A stretch of 64,000 nucleotides of DNA from NCBI GenBank assembly GCA_001949185.1, contig BDGG01000002.1, positions 899,481 to 963,480 of the forward strand, in the 5' to 3' direction. Source of the stretch: Ramazzottius varieornatus (lineage: Eukaryota > Animalia > Tardigrada). Below the pieces are notes generated by a model. It was not told the DNA's origin. It searched no databases and saw nothing but the letters and a program-made list of their open reading frames with translations. Shown in pieces: positions 48,601 through 62,257 of the stretch (within the stretch, counting starts at the first letter, position 1; every line of letters begins with the position of its first letter). The position numbers and the translations under genes are program-made.

Positions 48601-51600
48601 TGGAGTGCGAGCCAGGCTGCAGCTGGGAATAAGTCGTTAAGGAACTCAAGCCAGCAGCTGCATAGTCTGAATCATCTGATACTTGCGCCTAATTACAGGT
48701 TGCGTAATCCCGAATCATCCGCTTCATTATATTTTTCATAAACAGCGAATCTTATCCCACACGGCGGCAAACTGCCTTCACAATGCCCACCGGTACAAAG
48801 ATCCCGCCGGTATCGTAAACGTATGTTCAAATTAGCAAGCCGAACAACCATCGCCATCGCCATCGCCAAGCGCAGCTGTTTCCGAGCAGACTGACATCCC
48901 TTTCCGGTCATCCGTGCAGCCTGGGTTGAACGCGACGTCAGCCGAGTGTTTCTTGCATACGCAAATGGAGGCGGAAACCATGCATATGAGTTTGTCTATC
49001 AACGGTAACAAAATTGCCCATTGAGCCAACAAAATGTCTCAATGGACACTAACTTAATATGGCTGATCTCACTCAGAAGCTTCCACTACTGAGCTGACAG
49101 GTGAATAAATAAACTGCAGCGCCTAGCGCCTGTGTTGCCATCTGTCCGAGTACCTGCTTTATCCTCGAACTGTGAACAGGTAGGGCCCCTCTGTCCGCAG
49201 GTTTCCCTGCACTTGTAAACAAAGTCTACTCGTTGTGTAAAAGCCCTGATCTGAATTCAGATTATAAAAACTTGGATGCAAGTGCAAGAACAGAAACGAC
49301 ATCCGAGAAGATCAAGACTTTTCGGATAGCTGATAGCGACCATCGGCGCTGTCCCACAGCTCACCAAAGGGGCTAAAAAGCGCTAGTAAGGTACTACCTC
49401 GCACGGGTCTCCAAAGGAACATGATGCTTTTAACTAAGAATTTGTGGTGGGAATTCGTCTCCGCGTCATGCCCAAGATACGGTGTCTGCACGAATATGTC
49501 GTCACATGTAGTGACCATGGAACACCGGACGTGAAAGACCGGACCTACCCGTGCAGTGACTACGTCTTTTGATATTATAGTAGCACTGTTGTGGGTTTTG
49601 CGGTCAAAGTCAAGTAGCGGATATGTGTACATTCTTGCTGTCTGTCGGAAGCGCCACTTGGCTAGAGCGTGTTGAGGAAGCGACTTCGGTGTGAACCACT
49701 GTTGCACATCATGTTTGCACAGTTAATGGCGGAAGCCGTAATGTGTTGACCACACCACCACATCACTTAGGTCGCGCTCCAACTGTCTACTTGCAGCGCA
49801 GATACTTACCGTGTATTATCCGCTAGACTGTACACGATTGCACGAGACGACACCAGGCAATCATTTTACAGAAAATATGCACATACTAAGCATTCTGAAT
49901 TCACTCAAAGCTTTCATTTGCAGAGACCACGAAAACCACGAAAGCCACGGCGTCACTCATCCAATTTCAATTCGGAATCCAATTGTACTTTTTTCTACGA
50001 AGTTGGCTCATAGGGCTGTGCAGGGAGGGTATCAACATACTCAAGAACTTCGAACAGAAAACACGCAGAAAAAAGGCGGAACAATATGGTTGTGACGGCC
50101 GTGCCCAGCACAGACCTGTTCGCGATTCCGATGAAAATATGGTGAAGAATGGGCGAAATGAGCTTAGTGAGAATATTCTGGTTCGGACCTATTTGGAATA
50201 TCGAATCGGAGACTTCCTGCTCGAAGATTGACAATGCGTGAGAAGCAATTAATTGCATCAATGACGTAAGGCAGCACCATATGTCCCGACCGATCAAATG
50301 GGTATGTAGCGCGGTCGTGTTACTTTCGTTCCATTCAAATGATCAAAGTAGGCTAGTCCGCCTCGAATCTCGATCAAGCTAGGCAGCTTATGAGAACGGA
50401 ACGGTGTGAGCATATGCTGTTAATTATTCTCAATGGGCATTGAGGAATGCTGACAGTGGCGGGAAGAGAGGAAAGGAAATGGAGCTGTTGCTTCTGTTCC
50501 GATCTGTTAATTTCTACCCTTAACTAGACAGGTCCAAGAGTATTGACAGAAGGACGGGTGTGGTCATCGTCCACTTTAGCCTTTCCCTTCAATGAAATAG
50601 TTTCGCCGGACGAGAATTTCCGGTCCTGTGATGAGACGCAGAATGTAGACAGACAGGGCAACATGGACCGAATATGAATGAATGAACGAATGAATGAGAG
50701 ACAGCGCAGTCGCATCATAAGTGTCCATTTCGGACTTTTACACACCCGCATAAATTTCAGAAATTCATTCAGTGATCAAATATGAATGAAATTTTTGGCC
50801 CAGTATGACGGCTTGCCAGAAATATGTGTTTGCCGACACATCATGTCATGGCATCAACTGGAAAGCAGAAGGTCTGACTGGGATGACCAGTTCCGCCACC
50901 ATGTGCAATTTTATGGCTCTATTATGTGTTGTAGCTAGCTGACCGGTTCTGCTTCATTCATCAGTCTGGAAAAACACGCTGGGTGCGGCCCTCGCTCACA
51001 TTCTGCCGCACCATAGAATCCATATCTCCCTCATCATGACCGATGATGGCGATGGTGATTACGATGATGCGCGACTGGTCAAACCTTGAAATCGAACTTG
51101 ACTCGATGTGTCATTCTCCATCCAAACATTCAACAGTCTTGCGCATGGAACGGTTCATCGGCACTTTAGTTTTCTTGCCGTTTCCTTGCCGCAAAGCTAT
51201 CCTGCAAAAAATATTCCAAGAAACACAAGGCAAAGTTGACAAAAAACGACTCTGAGAGGAAGGAAGGAATGAAGAATTCCCACAAACTCGGCGTTGTAAT
51301 ACTCGTACCGAGGTGTACGCCCAGTTTTTGGCGTTGGCAAAACGATAAAACCCAGAAGTTCATCATCCGATTCGTCATCATTGCCCCTCCGTTGACAGGA
51401 AAGCCGAGACCTCATTGAACCCGTGGAAAACTTGCGCTTGAAAAGCGTAGCGCAACAGACAGCGGACAATTTTAGAGTACATTAGAACAACGTTAGACTT
51501 GAATCAAGTCCGATTGGTTGATTTGGAAGTGGCAGTAACACGTGCTGTATCGATGGTCTTCCGGTGTATGGGTGCTGTTTGGCGTTAGGATACGAAGAAG

Positions 51601-52147
51601 GAAGTGAGAGGAGGCTTTTTATCAATGGGAAAGTCAATGAAGAATGAAGAATGACCGACCTACCATAAGGCGGATCCATTGCTATCCCTGGCCTACTCGA
51701 CTAGCCCTTCCCTCATTTCTGCTCGTTCCGCCTATGTACCCACCATGTACTGACTACTGATAACAACGAGCATGCGCTCACTTCAAACATTTCAATGCTG
51801 GCGTAAGCTAGCTAGCATGCCTACGAGAATATTATACTGCAGGTGAACTCTACACGTTATAGCAGCTGTTGATCGAGTCTCACATGATCATTGGAAAAAT
51901 ATTTGTGAGTAATAGCTTGGCCCGATTATGACTAGATAACGGTTGAACCGTTACTCAACGTGCTCCACTGTTGATAGTACGCTAGTTCTTCGAATGTTCC
52001 GTTGCATAGTTGGATTACGACATTGCTGCATATGCATGCTGGAATTCTGTGCTCATGTCTCATCACCGTCATCATATGATCGTTCCCCATGCTTCGTCCA
52101 GTTTGTATCTTGACGAAGGGATCGTCTCGAATGAAGATCGTCGGAAG

Positions 52148-55100
52148 ATGACATGTCGGAGTCCCAGTTCAGCTTCAGCCCGCTCGGTAGCTTCGTCCAA
52201 CAGCACATTTTCGTCCAACTCGACCCTTTCCTCCACCTCGAGCGGTAGTGCTGGCGCTGATTGGAATCTGTCCATCACCTCCAGGGAAATCTACAAAACG
52301 GGAAAGCTGACTTCGCTAACAGAGAAGAAAACTCACTTTTGGGTACGTGACACCTTTTTCCTTTTCTTCTCTAGTGGCGAGAAGAATACCAGGGTAAAGA
52401 TACCGTAGCAAAACGTTCTGAAGTATGTCGATGAAACAGTTGTCTGATGGAAAACTTTTTCATGGAAAAAAAGCCGGAAACTTTTTTATTTTAATTGTGC
52501 TCGGATAGCCATGGAATGTGGGCAGTTCTCGCTTGAGTATGAACCAACAGATGTGAGGCAAACTTTTTGGGGAAGAAATGTCCACCATATTTGAGAAACG
52601 ATTTTGTATGTAAAATACTTAATCTGCCTCGATCAAAAAGCCGCTGTGTTCGAGTAATGGTAGACACTGCACCACGCTTGGAGCGATTCGGCTATACCGA
52701 TACGAGCTCGCGATTTACAATATACCGTGAAAAGAGCCATGGTTTACAGTGTTGTTGTTTACATGTGTTGTTTTTTTCCAACGGCAACCCATACCGAAGG
52801 CTTGTCTGTGTATTTGCAGATGAATGAGCGTTATCAAGAGGAGACATTCTGGTGCGTCTTTTGCATCCACGACGAATGCTGGCCGTTTTTGGAGTTTTAT
52901 GACAGCCACCAGGCCAGTTTGACACACCAACCCCTGAAAGTGATCCCCCTGACGGCCTGCCAGCACATTAGCCCCAACATCAGCCTGGCTCCTCAGAACG
53001 GCCACACGTTCACCTTGACGCTACTCACGGAAGTCCATCAGTTCAGGGCCAAGGACAGCGCCGACATGCACGATTGGCTGGTCACGCTTCGCAACAAGCT
53101 ACACGACCTACAAGCCCTTGGGGTACGTCAACATGTCGAGCAAACATTGTCATGAGATCTAATGTCCTCACGCCTAATGGGTTTCCGGAAGCGTGTGGCT
53201 AGTTCCCAGCGGAGTCAAGTCTTTACATCTTTGAAATGATCCTGGCAATATGGGTGTTGTGCAGGCCAAAAATTCATACTTCTCGGTGTTCTTAGACAAT
53301 TCAACTTTGATAGGCCCGACAAACGAAAAGGCACAAAGCCGTCGGTGGAAGTGGCGCACTTCTGTAGCCAGTGAGACTGCAAACCCGCGCCACTGGGGAA
53401 AACACCCAAACTCGACCTGGTCGCTCGTCAAGTAGCGCACGCTTCCACGCGATAAAAACGAGAATCTGCGGCGCTTGTTTCTGACGATCTTGCGTGATTC
53501 GTTTGCCGGTGCTCTATGTGAAGTTGTGAACATTTTTAGCGCAGGAAAGCTAGCACAAACCAAATCTAGACAAAGGAAAAACTGGAAGAGGCTTTGCTAC
53601 GCATCAGTTACCTCATCTCACAACTGCAGGATCATTACGCATAAGGCTGTATGGTGTAACGGAGTCTTGACGTTTTTCGTTCGTTGCAGGACTTCTCCAA
53701 CGAGTACTCCCGGTGTCCTCTTTCCTCGAAATCTGACCGTCTGCTATCTCCTGACGGTTCTGCTCTTCTCGAAGTTCCTGTTGAGCCCACTGGATTAGTA
53801 GTGGAATTACCTCCTGCACGTTCCTTTTCCAAATCTCCGGTTCCTCCCAAGCCAGCCGCCAACCGCAAGGCATCTCCCACGTCCGGTTGTAAACGACCTT
53901 CGCCGCTCCCTGCACCTACCCATCTCTTGTTAGCGGCTTCCGCGATTGCTCCAATCTCACCCGGTTCCCTTCCGCTCAGTTCTCCACCCGCCTGTGAAGC
54001 GCCACCTCCGCCTTCCGACATGGCAGTCCCACCGCTTCCGCCCAAAGGACTCAAACCGAGCCGAGGACCCGCAGCTCCCTTACCTCAACCATCATCATCC
54101 ATCATCCAGGCCACCAAGCCCCCACGACCACCACGGCAGATTGACTTGTTGAAGCGCAATGAGCCGTGTGTTGGGGCGGGCGCAAGGACAAAAGAGGCAG
54201 GCGCTGACCTACAGCAGATGCAGCCCAGAGCCAAGGAGAAGTGTCAGCTGAAAGGAAGCACGGTCAAGCAGGAGCTTTTGATCTCTTTTGACGATGAGTC
54301 AGAACAAGAAGAGGGTGGGATGGACGTGTCCAGTTATGGTACACTCTTCCAAAGGAGAGACCAGCTGGTTCCTTCCACTCCTTCGGCCCTTCCCTCCAAC
54401 ATCAGAGTAAGTTTAAGAGTGGCCCACCTACTTTCAACGTTAAAGTGGCGCACGAACCCAGCCAATAACGTCGTAAATGTAAGCTACAATCACATGGACA
54501 AAAGGTCGTTTTTCCCAGCGGCGCACGCTTTTAGCTATTGAAGTGGCAAATGTGCCCCACTTTAGAAAACGACCTTGTCGAGTGTTTTGCTGAGGCTGAT
54601 TGAGATCCCGTAGAACCTAAACCTGGAGGATTCCGTTATTTACCCGTGTTTCAACTTTAGGAAACGAGATCCCAAGCTCCCTCGCCATCGCTTAGTGAGC
54701 GCAGCGTGACGTCGACGTCGTCGGAGCCCGGTATCAGTGGTACACGAGACCGACAACTCCCCACATTCCTATCCATTTCCACTCCGGCATCCTCCGCCGA
54801 GCGCTCCTTGACTTTGCGCCAGCAGCAAGTGGAGAAGCTGAAGCAAGAAATGCTCCAGCCGGAAGGAGTCAGAGTCCGCATCAAACGAACGGATTGCCTC
54901 GATGCGCTGGCGCTGGTCGACTGTTTCGGATGTGTTTGGTAAGAATGACTGGTTTCAACAGCCTTATCATCGTTGTAGTGTGACTGTTTGTTGATGAACG
55001 GCCAGATAAGGTGTTGATGGTAAATAGATGGCAGTTGGTGGCGCATTACCAATCAGGATGGGTGGGGTAAATAGGTGGGTCATGGTGATCAGCGCCAGAC

Positions 55101-55990
55101 GGACTGACCAACTGAGGCGTTATTAAAACGGGGCTACTCTTATGCACCATGAGACAGATACTGTATCACACGCGCCTCTTTAGTCCGGACGTGATGGGGA
55201 TTATCGCACCAGTGACTGCCGCACCTTCCACACCATATCATTTCCTCCTTAGAACATTAAACAACTCAGCGAGTCATTCAGCAAACACAGGCGAGAAAAA
55301 GTTCTGAGTAGAAAGATTTCACTTTTTCTCAGTTCAGAACTCAAGCGTAACGTGGTAGGTTTTTGGACAGACGTTTTGAGATGGGATTTTTCTTTTTGCA
55401 GGGTGGCGGGTTGGAAGCAAGACGAGCAGCCGCATTTCCACAGTCTGTTTCACCTCGGCGACCAGATTCATTCCGTCAATGGAATCTCCGTAGCCAAAGC
55501 GGCAGATGTGACACGCCTGTTGCGGGATATTTGTGACCGGCAACACGCTGTTCTTGGCATCCACAGAGTTCCTCGGGCGCAGGTCCTGGTGATTACCCGG
55601 CAATTCGATGGACAGGACCTGGGCCTCAGCCGAGAAGGCAAGAGCGCTGACATCCGGCAGGTCGTGTCCGACGGTTTGGCCGCTCAGCATGGCCTACCCA
55701 CCAAAGCGCTTTCTTGCGATGGCGGAACCCTGTGCAATTGGGTCCTGACTGAAATCAACCATCGACCACTGAACTGGTTCTTCAAAGACAACGAGGTAAG
55801 GAACCGTCACTATTCGAATCCATACACCGTTGTAGCGCCCTTGTATCGTCCTGGTACCTTGCAGATCGACGACCGCCTGCAAGCAGTGGGCAAAGAGATT
55901 TCCATCCTGGTGCAACCTTCAGATCTGGTCAATGCTATCAAAAAGCAGCTTCGCTTGTTACGTAACCACAAAGACTTTATCGTCCAATGA
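52148..55990 (+). CDS. PH-domain / proline-rich / PDZ-like adaptor protein, ~670 aa; exons 52148-52342, 52820-53122, 53690-54406, 54661-54938, 55402-55795, 55865-55990
   Basis: PH pattern (IYKTGKL..FLEFY..HQFRAKDSADMHDWLVTLR); PxxP-rich middle; PDZ-like LFHLGDQIHSVNG; all six exons join in frame (2013 nt). Confidence 0.82.
54496..54579. repeat. Short palindromic element of the acaaggtcgtttt family
   Basis: ggacaaaaggtcgttttt ... aaaacgaccttgtc inverted ends, in an intron. Confidence 0.6.
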
Positions 55991-56205
55991 GTGTTATTGT
56001 CTATCGATTTATCCTTTTCTTCAGCCAAAGTGGTCCTCCTTTCTGTGATGAGCTTTTACAATACTATAACTTATTGCCTGACATTACATTGCTTTGGATA
56101 ACTCTTCGGCTCTGACAGCCGAAATAAACATGGTGCAGAATGCTTTTAACTTAATTTTTTGTCATTGAATCACCTTGGAAACTGTGAATCCTGTCAGCCT
56201 TGGCG

Positions 56206-58757
56206 TCAGGACCACAAGGAGCATCTGGAGAGGGATCTCAAAGACTGTTGAACCACACCAAAGTCTTCAAGATTAGTGGTGGACCGAAGACATTCTAAAC
56301 AGGAACTGAGGATAAACAATCCATGCGATTTCAGAACGTCATCCTTCACGCCTCCGTCGTACCAGCAGTACACCTCATATTCCGTTCGACGATCCCACCT
56401 CAACTGTCTCGCATGTCCCGCCAGGAACAACGAGCCGAAAAGCCTAAACGATGTTCTGTAGCCGTCAGCAGTGCACCTCATTGTGTCGCAATGCGATCCC
56501 ATCTGCTGCATTTCCCCCATCGCTTCCAGATCTCTGATCAGATCTACACCAAAATGCGTATTTGTTCTTGAAAATTCCAGAGACCATCGAACTTTGGTTT
56601 CCACGTCTTTCGACACGAATATAACGAACTGCAGGCAAGGCAATGTGGGGAATGTAGAAGTCGTCGACAGTGGTGCCTGGCATTTGACAGCCAGAAAACC
56701 GATGATGTCCATCAAGCCCTTTTGTACAGTCTCGCGCCCGCGGTTCAGGGCAGCCACCGTGCTGGTCCATTTGATTGGGTCATGAGAGAAGTCCGCTTGA
56801 CGGAAGTGGAGAAGAACCTGCTGGCATATGGCTTTCGCTTCCATCAGTGATTGATTCACTTTGATTGATGCGCCATTACGATTAGAATGAAGCCGTCTCG
56901 AGGTAGCGCTCGGTGTCGTTGACCACAGGTCGTCCAAGATCCCTCGCTCGAAGTCCTCTAGAATTCTAGAGACTTTTGCGCCAAGTTTCCGCGGCAGCTG
57001 GAGAGGCAAGAAACATGGTTAAAATTCGAACTTTGATCTCGCCGTCAGCTTGAGAGGACACTTCGTTGGATACCTTTCGCAGTTCGTTGGATCCCGATAT
57101 CCTTTGCAACACATCACCTAGCCCAGTATACGTTTCTCTCAATGGACAGGCTTGTTTAACACCGCTCATTCGGACCGACTCCCTGTCCTCTTGGATCTGA
57201 TCCAGCAGTTGAAGTGCGTCGTACACGAACGGCACCAGCGCTGTGCTCGATGGCTGAGAGGATGGAATTCATCAAAATCTGTTCGCCACCGTGGAATCTT
57301 TACAGCGCAAGAATAGGTTTACCTTACTAAGGAACAGCAGACGAAAGTCGGCAGCCGGCTGGACCACGTAGACCTTGTGTGGTTTGATGCCGCCATCCTG
57401 ATGTCGAAGGAAAACGACCACATGCGCGATAGATGGCGTTGGAGACAGCGAAGGGAGCAGTGGTTCCATGTCCAGATCGGTTAGCAGAGAGATCGATGAC
57501 GAGTTATATTCATACCCCGCTAGGCTTCCGCTGGTCGATGTGGCCAGACTATCGGGACCGGTCTGAATATTCATGTTCTTGAGCGAAACGATAGGAAGAT
57601 AGCCAATCTCTATGATTTTATCCTCGATTCATACCTGGCTGCTGTGAGTGGAGCAGGTTCGACCGGAAGATTCAGACAGGATCTCGCAGCAATGTGCAAG
57701 GATGGAAAGTAGACGAATATCTTCGGGACAGATCAATGACGATACAGTTCTGTAAGAAAATACCCAAATTTAATTGCATCTTTCCTAATTCGTGTACATG
57801 AGCTCTCGTTAAGTTATGATATCTTGCCTAGTGTACACAATGACCGGTTTCCATCCGTTCGCCATGATTATTCTCTCCATGGTGTACTTCATGGCCGCGA
57901 GACCGCAGACCTTTTTGAGGAGTGCGGACAGCTGACGCGAGATGTCTTCTGGAATAAGCAGTTCTTGTTCGGCCTACAGAAACCCAAAGTCGGATTTTTT
58001 CTATCTTGTCTCGACCCAGATTGACCGAGATCGAAACTGTGCGTACTTCCAAGACGCAGCTCGGCTCCTCGAAACACCGTCTTGCCAGTTGGCGGAAACC
58101 TCTGCGCAAGAGTGCTGTCCAGTACTCATCGATGGTCTCGAAAGAACCACTGGTCATCACCCCGATGCATAAACGGAAGAATCGTTTGATTAAATTCATC
58201 AACCTTTGCATTCCGATCGAGCTGTGTTGGCAAAGAAGGATATACGTGACGTCAGCTACCTGTATACAATGAAAAGCGGTCTTCGCATCCTTGGTTGCAA
58301 ATCAGAAGGAACTTTAGGCACTCAGATTTTTCACCCACCTTTGCAATCGAGATTCTCATGGAAGACTCACCGCCCATCTCAGTCAAACCACCGTTACCCA
58401 CTTCCAACTTGATTACCATTTGCGACGCTAGTAAAGGTGAAAAGTAATGCAAGATATGGCTTGAGGCCGAGCCACTGTACTTCCCATCCTGAGATTGGAA
58501 AGCTCCTTCCGCGTCGCAGATTAGATTCCATAACTCGTCATCGCATTCATGAAACACAAGCTCCCGTAAATTCAAGAAGGCAAAAAGGCCCAGCATATTG
58601 TGAGACCATCTTGGCACCTGGAAAACCGCTCAGCACGCGTGAGAAGGTTTTAAAGCTCGCGTGAGAATCTTTGAAATTACTGCCAACGAACAGTATGGAC
58701 TAATTCCTCTCTTCCAACAATGTGTCGGGATGATTTCAACCAACTGATAGTGTAGTG
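56206..58757 (-). CDS. Uncharacterised multi-exon protein, 5' end unresolved; core exons 58259-58047, 57973-57828, 57749-57635, 57577-57328, 57240-57074, 56997-56206, plus upstream exons beginning 58757 and 58617
   Basis: Successive ORFs join in frame through short introns with canonical sites (one GC donor); no recognisable domain. Confidence 0.65.
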
Positions 58758-59043
58758 CTGAACGGAATGACCTCACTGATTCCGAGTAAATCGTGGGCGA
58801 AGGATAAGATTACAAAGGTATGCAAGCTCCGATGTGAGGGTAGTTCAGTTCGTTGGATTAGAATGCTGATAAGTATGAGCATTGCGCCACCGCTGTCGCG
58901 GTGCTAATCTGTCTTGATATGGCAATGTCATGGTCCGATACATGACCTACGGGGAATGTTTATCAACTTGACCATACTTTACGAGTTCAATGCTTTGATA
59001 ATTAGACCACGCAGATTTCGAAATTTGTTTGAAGCTCTTCGTG

Positions 59044-60587
59044 TCAATACATAAACATATTTTCGTTATGAGCTGGCACAATGTTTTTGACTGTGGCTCG
59101 TCGCATCGTCAGGTCTTTGACGGTCAGAAGGATGATGTTGGTGGCGTATAGTAGCAGTGCTACTAAACAGAGCCAGAAAGAGTAACCAAGCTCGGTCAGA
59201 CCGCAGGTGCTGAACTTGGGGATGGGATAAAGCAGTTCCGCCGGCAGGACATTGTACTGGAACGTCGAGTAGTATAATCCAATCCACATGAAAATGCACA
59301 ACAGCGAGCAAAAGACTACAAAAATAGACATGATTTAAGCATATTCTGAACCTAAAAATTGCCGGAAATACAAACATAAGAAGTGCCGGATGAGATAAGA
59401 CAAAGCTAACGAGAAGATTGGTAAACGAAACACGGGAAATCGTTATCACAGGGGGCGCATAATCTCATAGTAATTTGCCGGAAATATGCGCCACTTAAAA
59501 TGACGATATTGAACACTTTGTCAGCGGGCTCTCTTGTTGTCTTGTTGTTGCGCTCTGTTTCCAGCAGAATGTTATTCTTTTTCTTAGTTATTTTAATTTA
59601 TTTGATGAAGTTGATAGATGTGCATTTAGATCAGACTTACTTCCAATGCTATTCCACAGATAAATTCCCGCGATGCCGTTAATGACAGCGACCGGCGTGT
59701 ATGTTGTATTGAGCAAGCTGAAGATGGCGCTAACAATTCCGCAAACAATGGCGGCAGATACGAAGAAGACCGTGGCCGCCCACAACGAATAGTTGAACAT
59801 GTGAATATCCGACAGCACGGCATTTGGCTCTGTAACGAAAAGTCGCGTCACTTTTTTCCGTATACTCTATGATCTTGACGATTTCACTGCGGAGCTTGAC
59901 GAATGAACTACACCCCGATCCGTTTTGGATGGCGCACGTTCTGGTTGTTACCGGCCACAAGCGTGCGCCACTTGGGAACGAACTGGCCAATCCGTTTACA
60001 TCTCTCGTTTACCTTGGACGGATATTAGTCCGCACAGCTCCGTATAAGAAAGATCCCGATAAGTTCCCTCCCCGCTATCCGACACATTGTGAACCATGGA
60101 AGGCACGGACAGATGCAGTGAAGGGTTTTCCGGGTCCACGATCATGACATGAGCGCAATAAACATCGCAGACAGCTACGGACACAAAACATTCAAGTACA
60201 CTGAGAAACGAGCAAGAAAAAGACCTCTCGTCCCACTCGTCATTTCATTGTCATCGATCAGCACAATAAAGATGAGCAAACAACTTGAGGCTTACTTTGC
60301 AGCTCGGCTTGACGGTCTCCAAGGCCTCTGTTGTGCCGTACAAACCCATGGAACAAGCCAAAGTGAATGAGACCACCTGGACGATTGCGCAGGTAGACTT
60401 GCCTGGCGGCACGGGCTGTTTCGTTGTTCAGCGCTCCCCCGCGTTCTCCATCGGAGCTGAGATCTTTCAGCCGTGAAAAAATCCAATAATCAGTTCCCAC
60501 CGCAGCGGACAATAGCGCTACCGCTAAACAGCTGAGAACAAATGTCAGGAAAATGAAGAGACGGCGCTGCCGCTCGTTGTGATCCAT
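59044..60587 (-). CDS. CLRN: Clarin-family four-TM protein; exons 60587-60296, ~59829-59641, 59315-59044
   Basis: AAVGTDYW, IHFGLFHG...GLG.R, LLNT..TP..ING.AGIYLWN, LGYSFW motifs typical of clarins. Confidence 0.8.
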
Positions 60588-62257
60588 GATAAATTAACAA
60601 TGCTCCGTAATTGGTCGCTAATTGACACATTGCCTACAACTAAGTAAATAACACCACATCATAAGGCCCATTGTACTGTTGGACTGGTGCGGTCTATGTT
60701 CCTTTTCCAGAACGCCAGATCAAATACAAGGAACGAATTACTATCGGAACACATATCCGACGTCTTTCTCTTACCTGATGACGAGAATACTCCCAAATAT
60801 TATACTGTGGCAGTTCAAACGAGGTACGCAGATTTTCACATTGTGTATCGTAGATGTTGAATATTTTCAAGAGACAACTGGTACGATGGGCATTACGGTC
60901 TAACTGTTGACCAAAAATGCTGGTGATTATGCAGTGGACGGCAGTACAATCCAGTACAAGGTGAAGGAAGCACTTGTTGCATGGGCTAATATTTGATCGG
61001 TCACAATTGACGCGTAACATATCGTCGCTGATTATTCACGATAACGCACCATCCATCAATGGTAGATGTCCTCGGTAATGGACCAGGTAGCTAAAGTGGC
61101 TAAAAACTGTACATACAGTAGTGTCCTTTGCTTCGAGGTAGTTGTGTCCGACTACCCAATGCCTGCATGTCCGGTGCGCGAACCGTATGGCACTGGTATG
61201 ACTAGTGGACGTGCTTGTTTGATTGATTGATACACAAAGAATGAGAAAGGTGGGCGGGATCAACTTGTTGCGTCCGTTAAAACCGTTAACGTTTACATAT
61301 CGACGCACATCGTGACGAATGATTTAGGTTGGAGTTCGAGTAAGTACTGTTCATGCATTTGCCACGGTCTCTTTCCACACAACACCGGAAAGAGTTTGTT
61401 CACTCGGCAGGTCTCGCTGCGATGAGATTATCGAGTTTCTCCAGATCATATTTCACTTTTTACAATTGCATGCCTTCCAGTCAAGTACTGTATGCTCCAC
61501 ATATCAGCAGGTTCTCGGTCTTTGGTCGAACAGCTGGATCCAGCTGGAGTACCTATTGACTGCCCGGTTTTCAAACAAGTGAACGGCAAGCCAGAAAAAT
61601 GGCCGAGATCTTTCTCATCATTCTTCGCACCTAAAACAATGAAACAGGAAAGTTTACCAGAACTTCGTAGATTAGGCACGAGGTCTAGAGTTCCGGTCAT
61701 CAAATATACACTGTAGTGCTTCGAACTGCTGCGTCCTTCTGCGCCGTTAAGCAACCTACGCAGAAACACTCCTTAGCAATGAAAGTTGCGGTAAATGAGC
61801 ACTCCGCTACGGGTGTTCAATCCATTTTTAATTGAGTCGTATTAGCATTGGTACGCATTAGCGGGATAGGTATCTTACATACATAGTATGATCATGTTTC
61901 CACTCGACTGTAAACATCTGTGGTGCTCTAATTGAGACTGAGCTGACGATGACACGCGTACTTTCCGAGGACACCTTATTCACCAATTTGTCTGCATTTT
62001 CGCGAAGATGGGAAACATTTCGGAAGCTGCACTAATCCATAACGAAGGATCGCGATGGCAGTGCTCTGTGGCACACGTTCAACGTGATGGAAGCAATTGC
62101 CGTCTGCAGCGAGCTGACCGTTGTCGGGAACCTTGAGATCCGCGGCCGTGTTGATAGTAACCGCATATATAGATTGTTCGGAAATGATACCTCTTGTTGT
62201 TAATTAAGGAGAGTCTGGAGGGGACTTCGCAATGTGGTTTCCTTAATCTGGCTTTGA

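Noticed and set aside
47700-51700. Scattered short ORFs (e.g. 49312-49707, 51197-51469)
   Set aside because: No domain similarity or coherent splice model.
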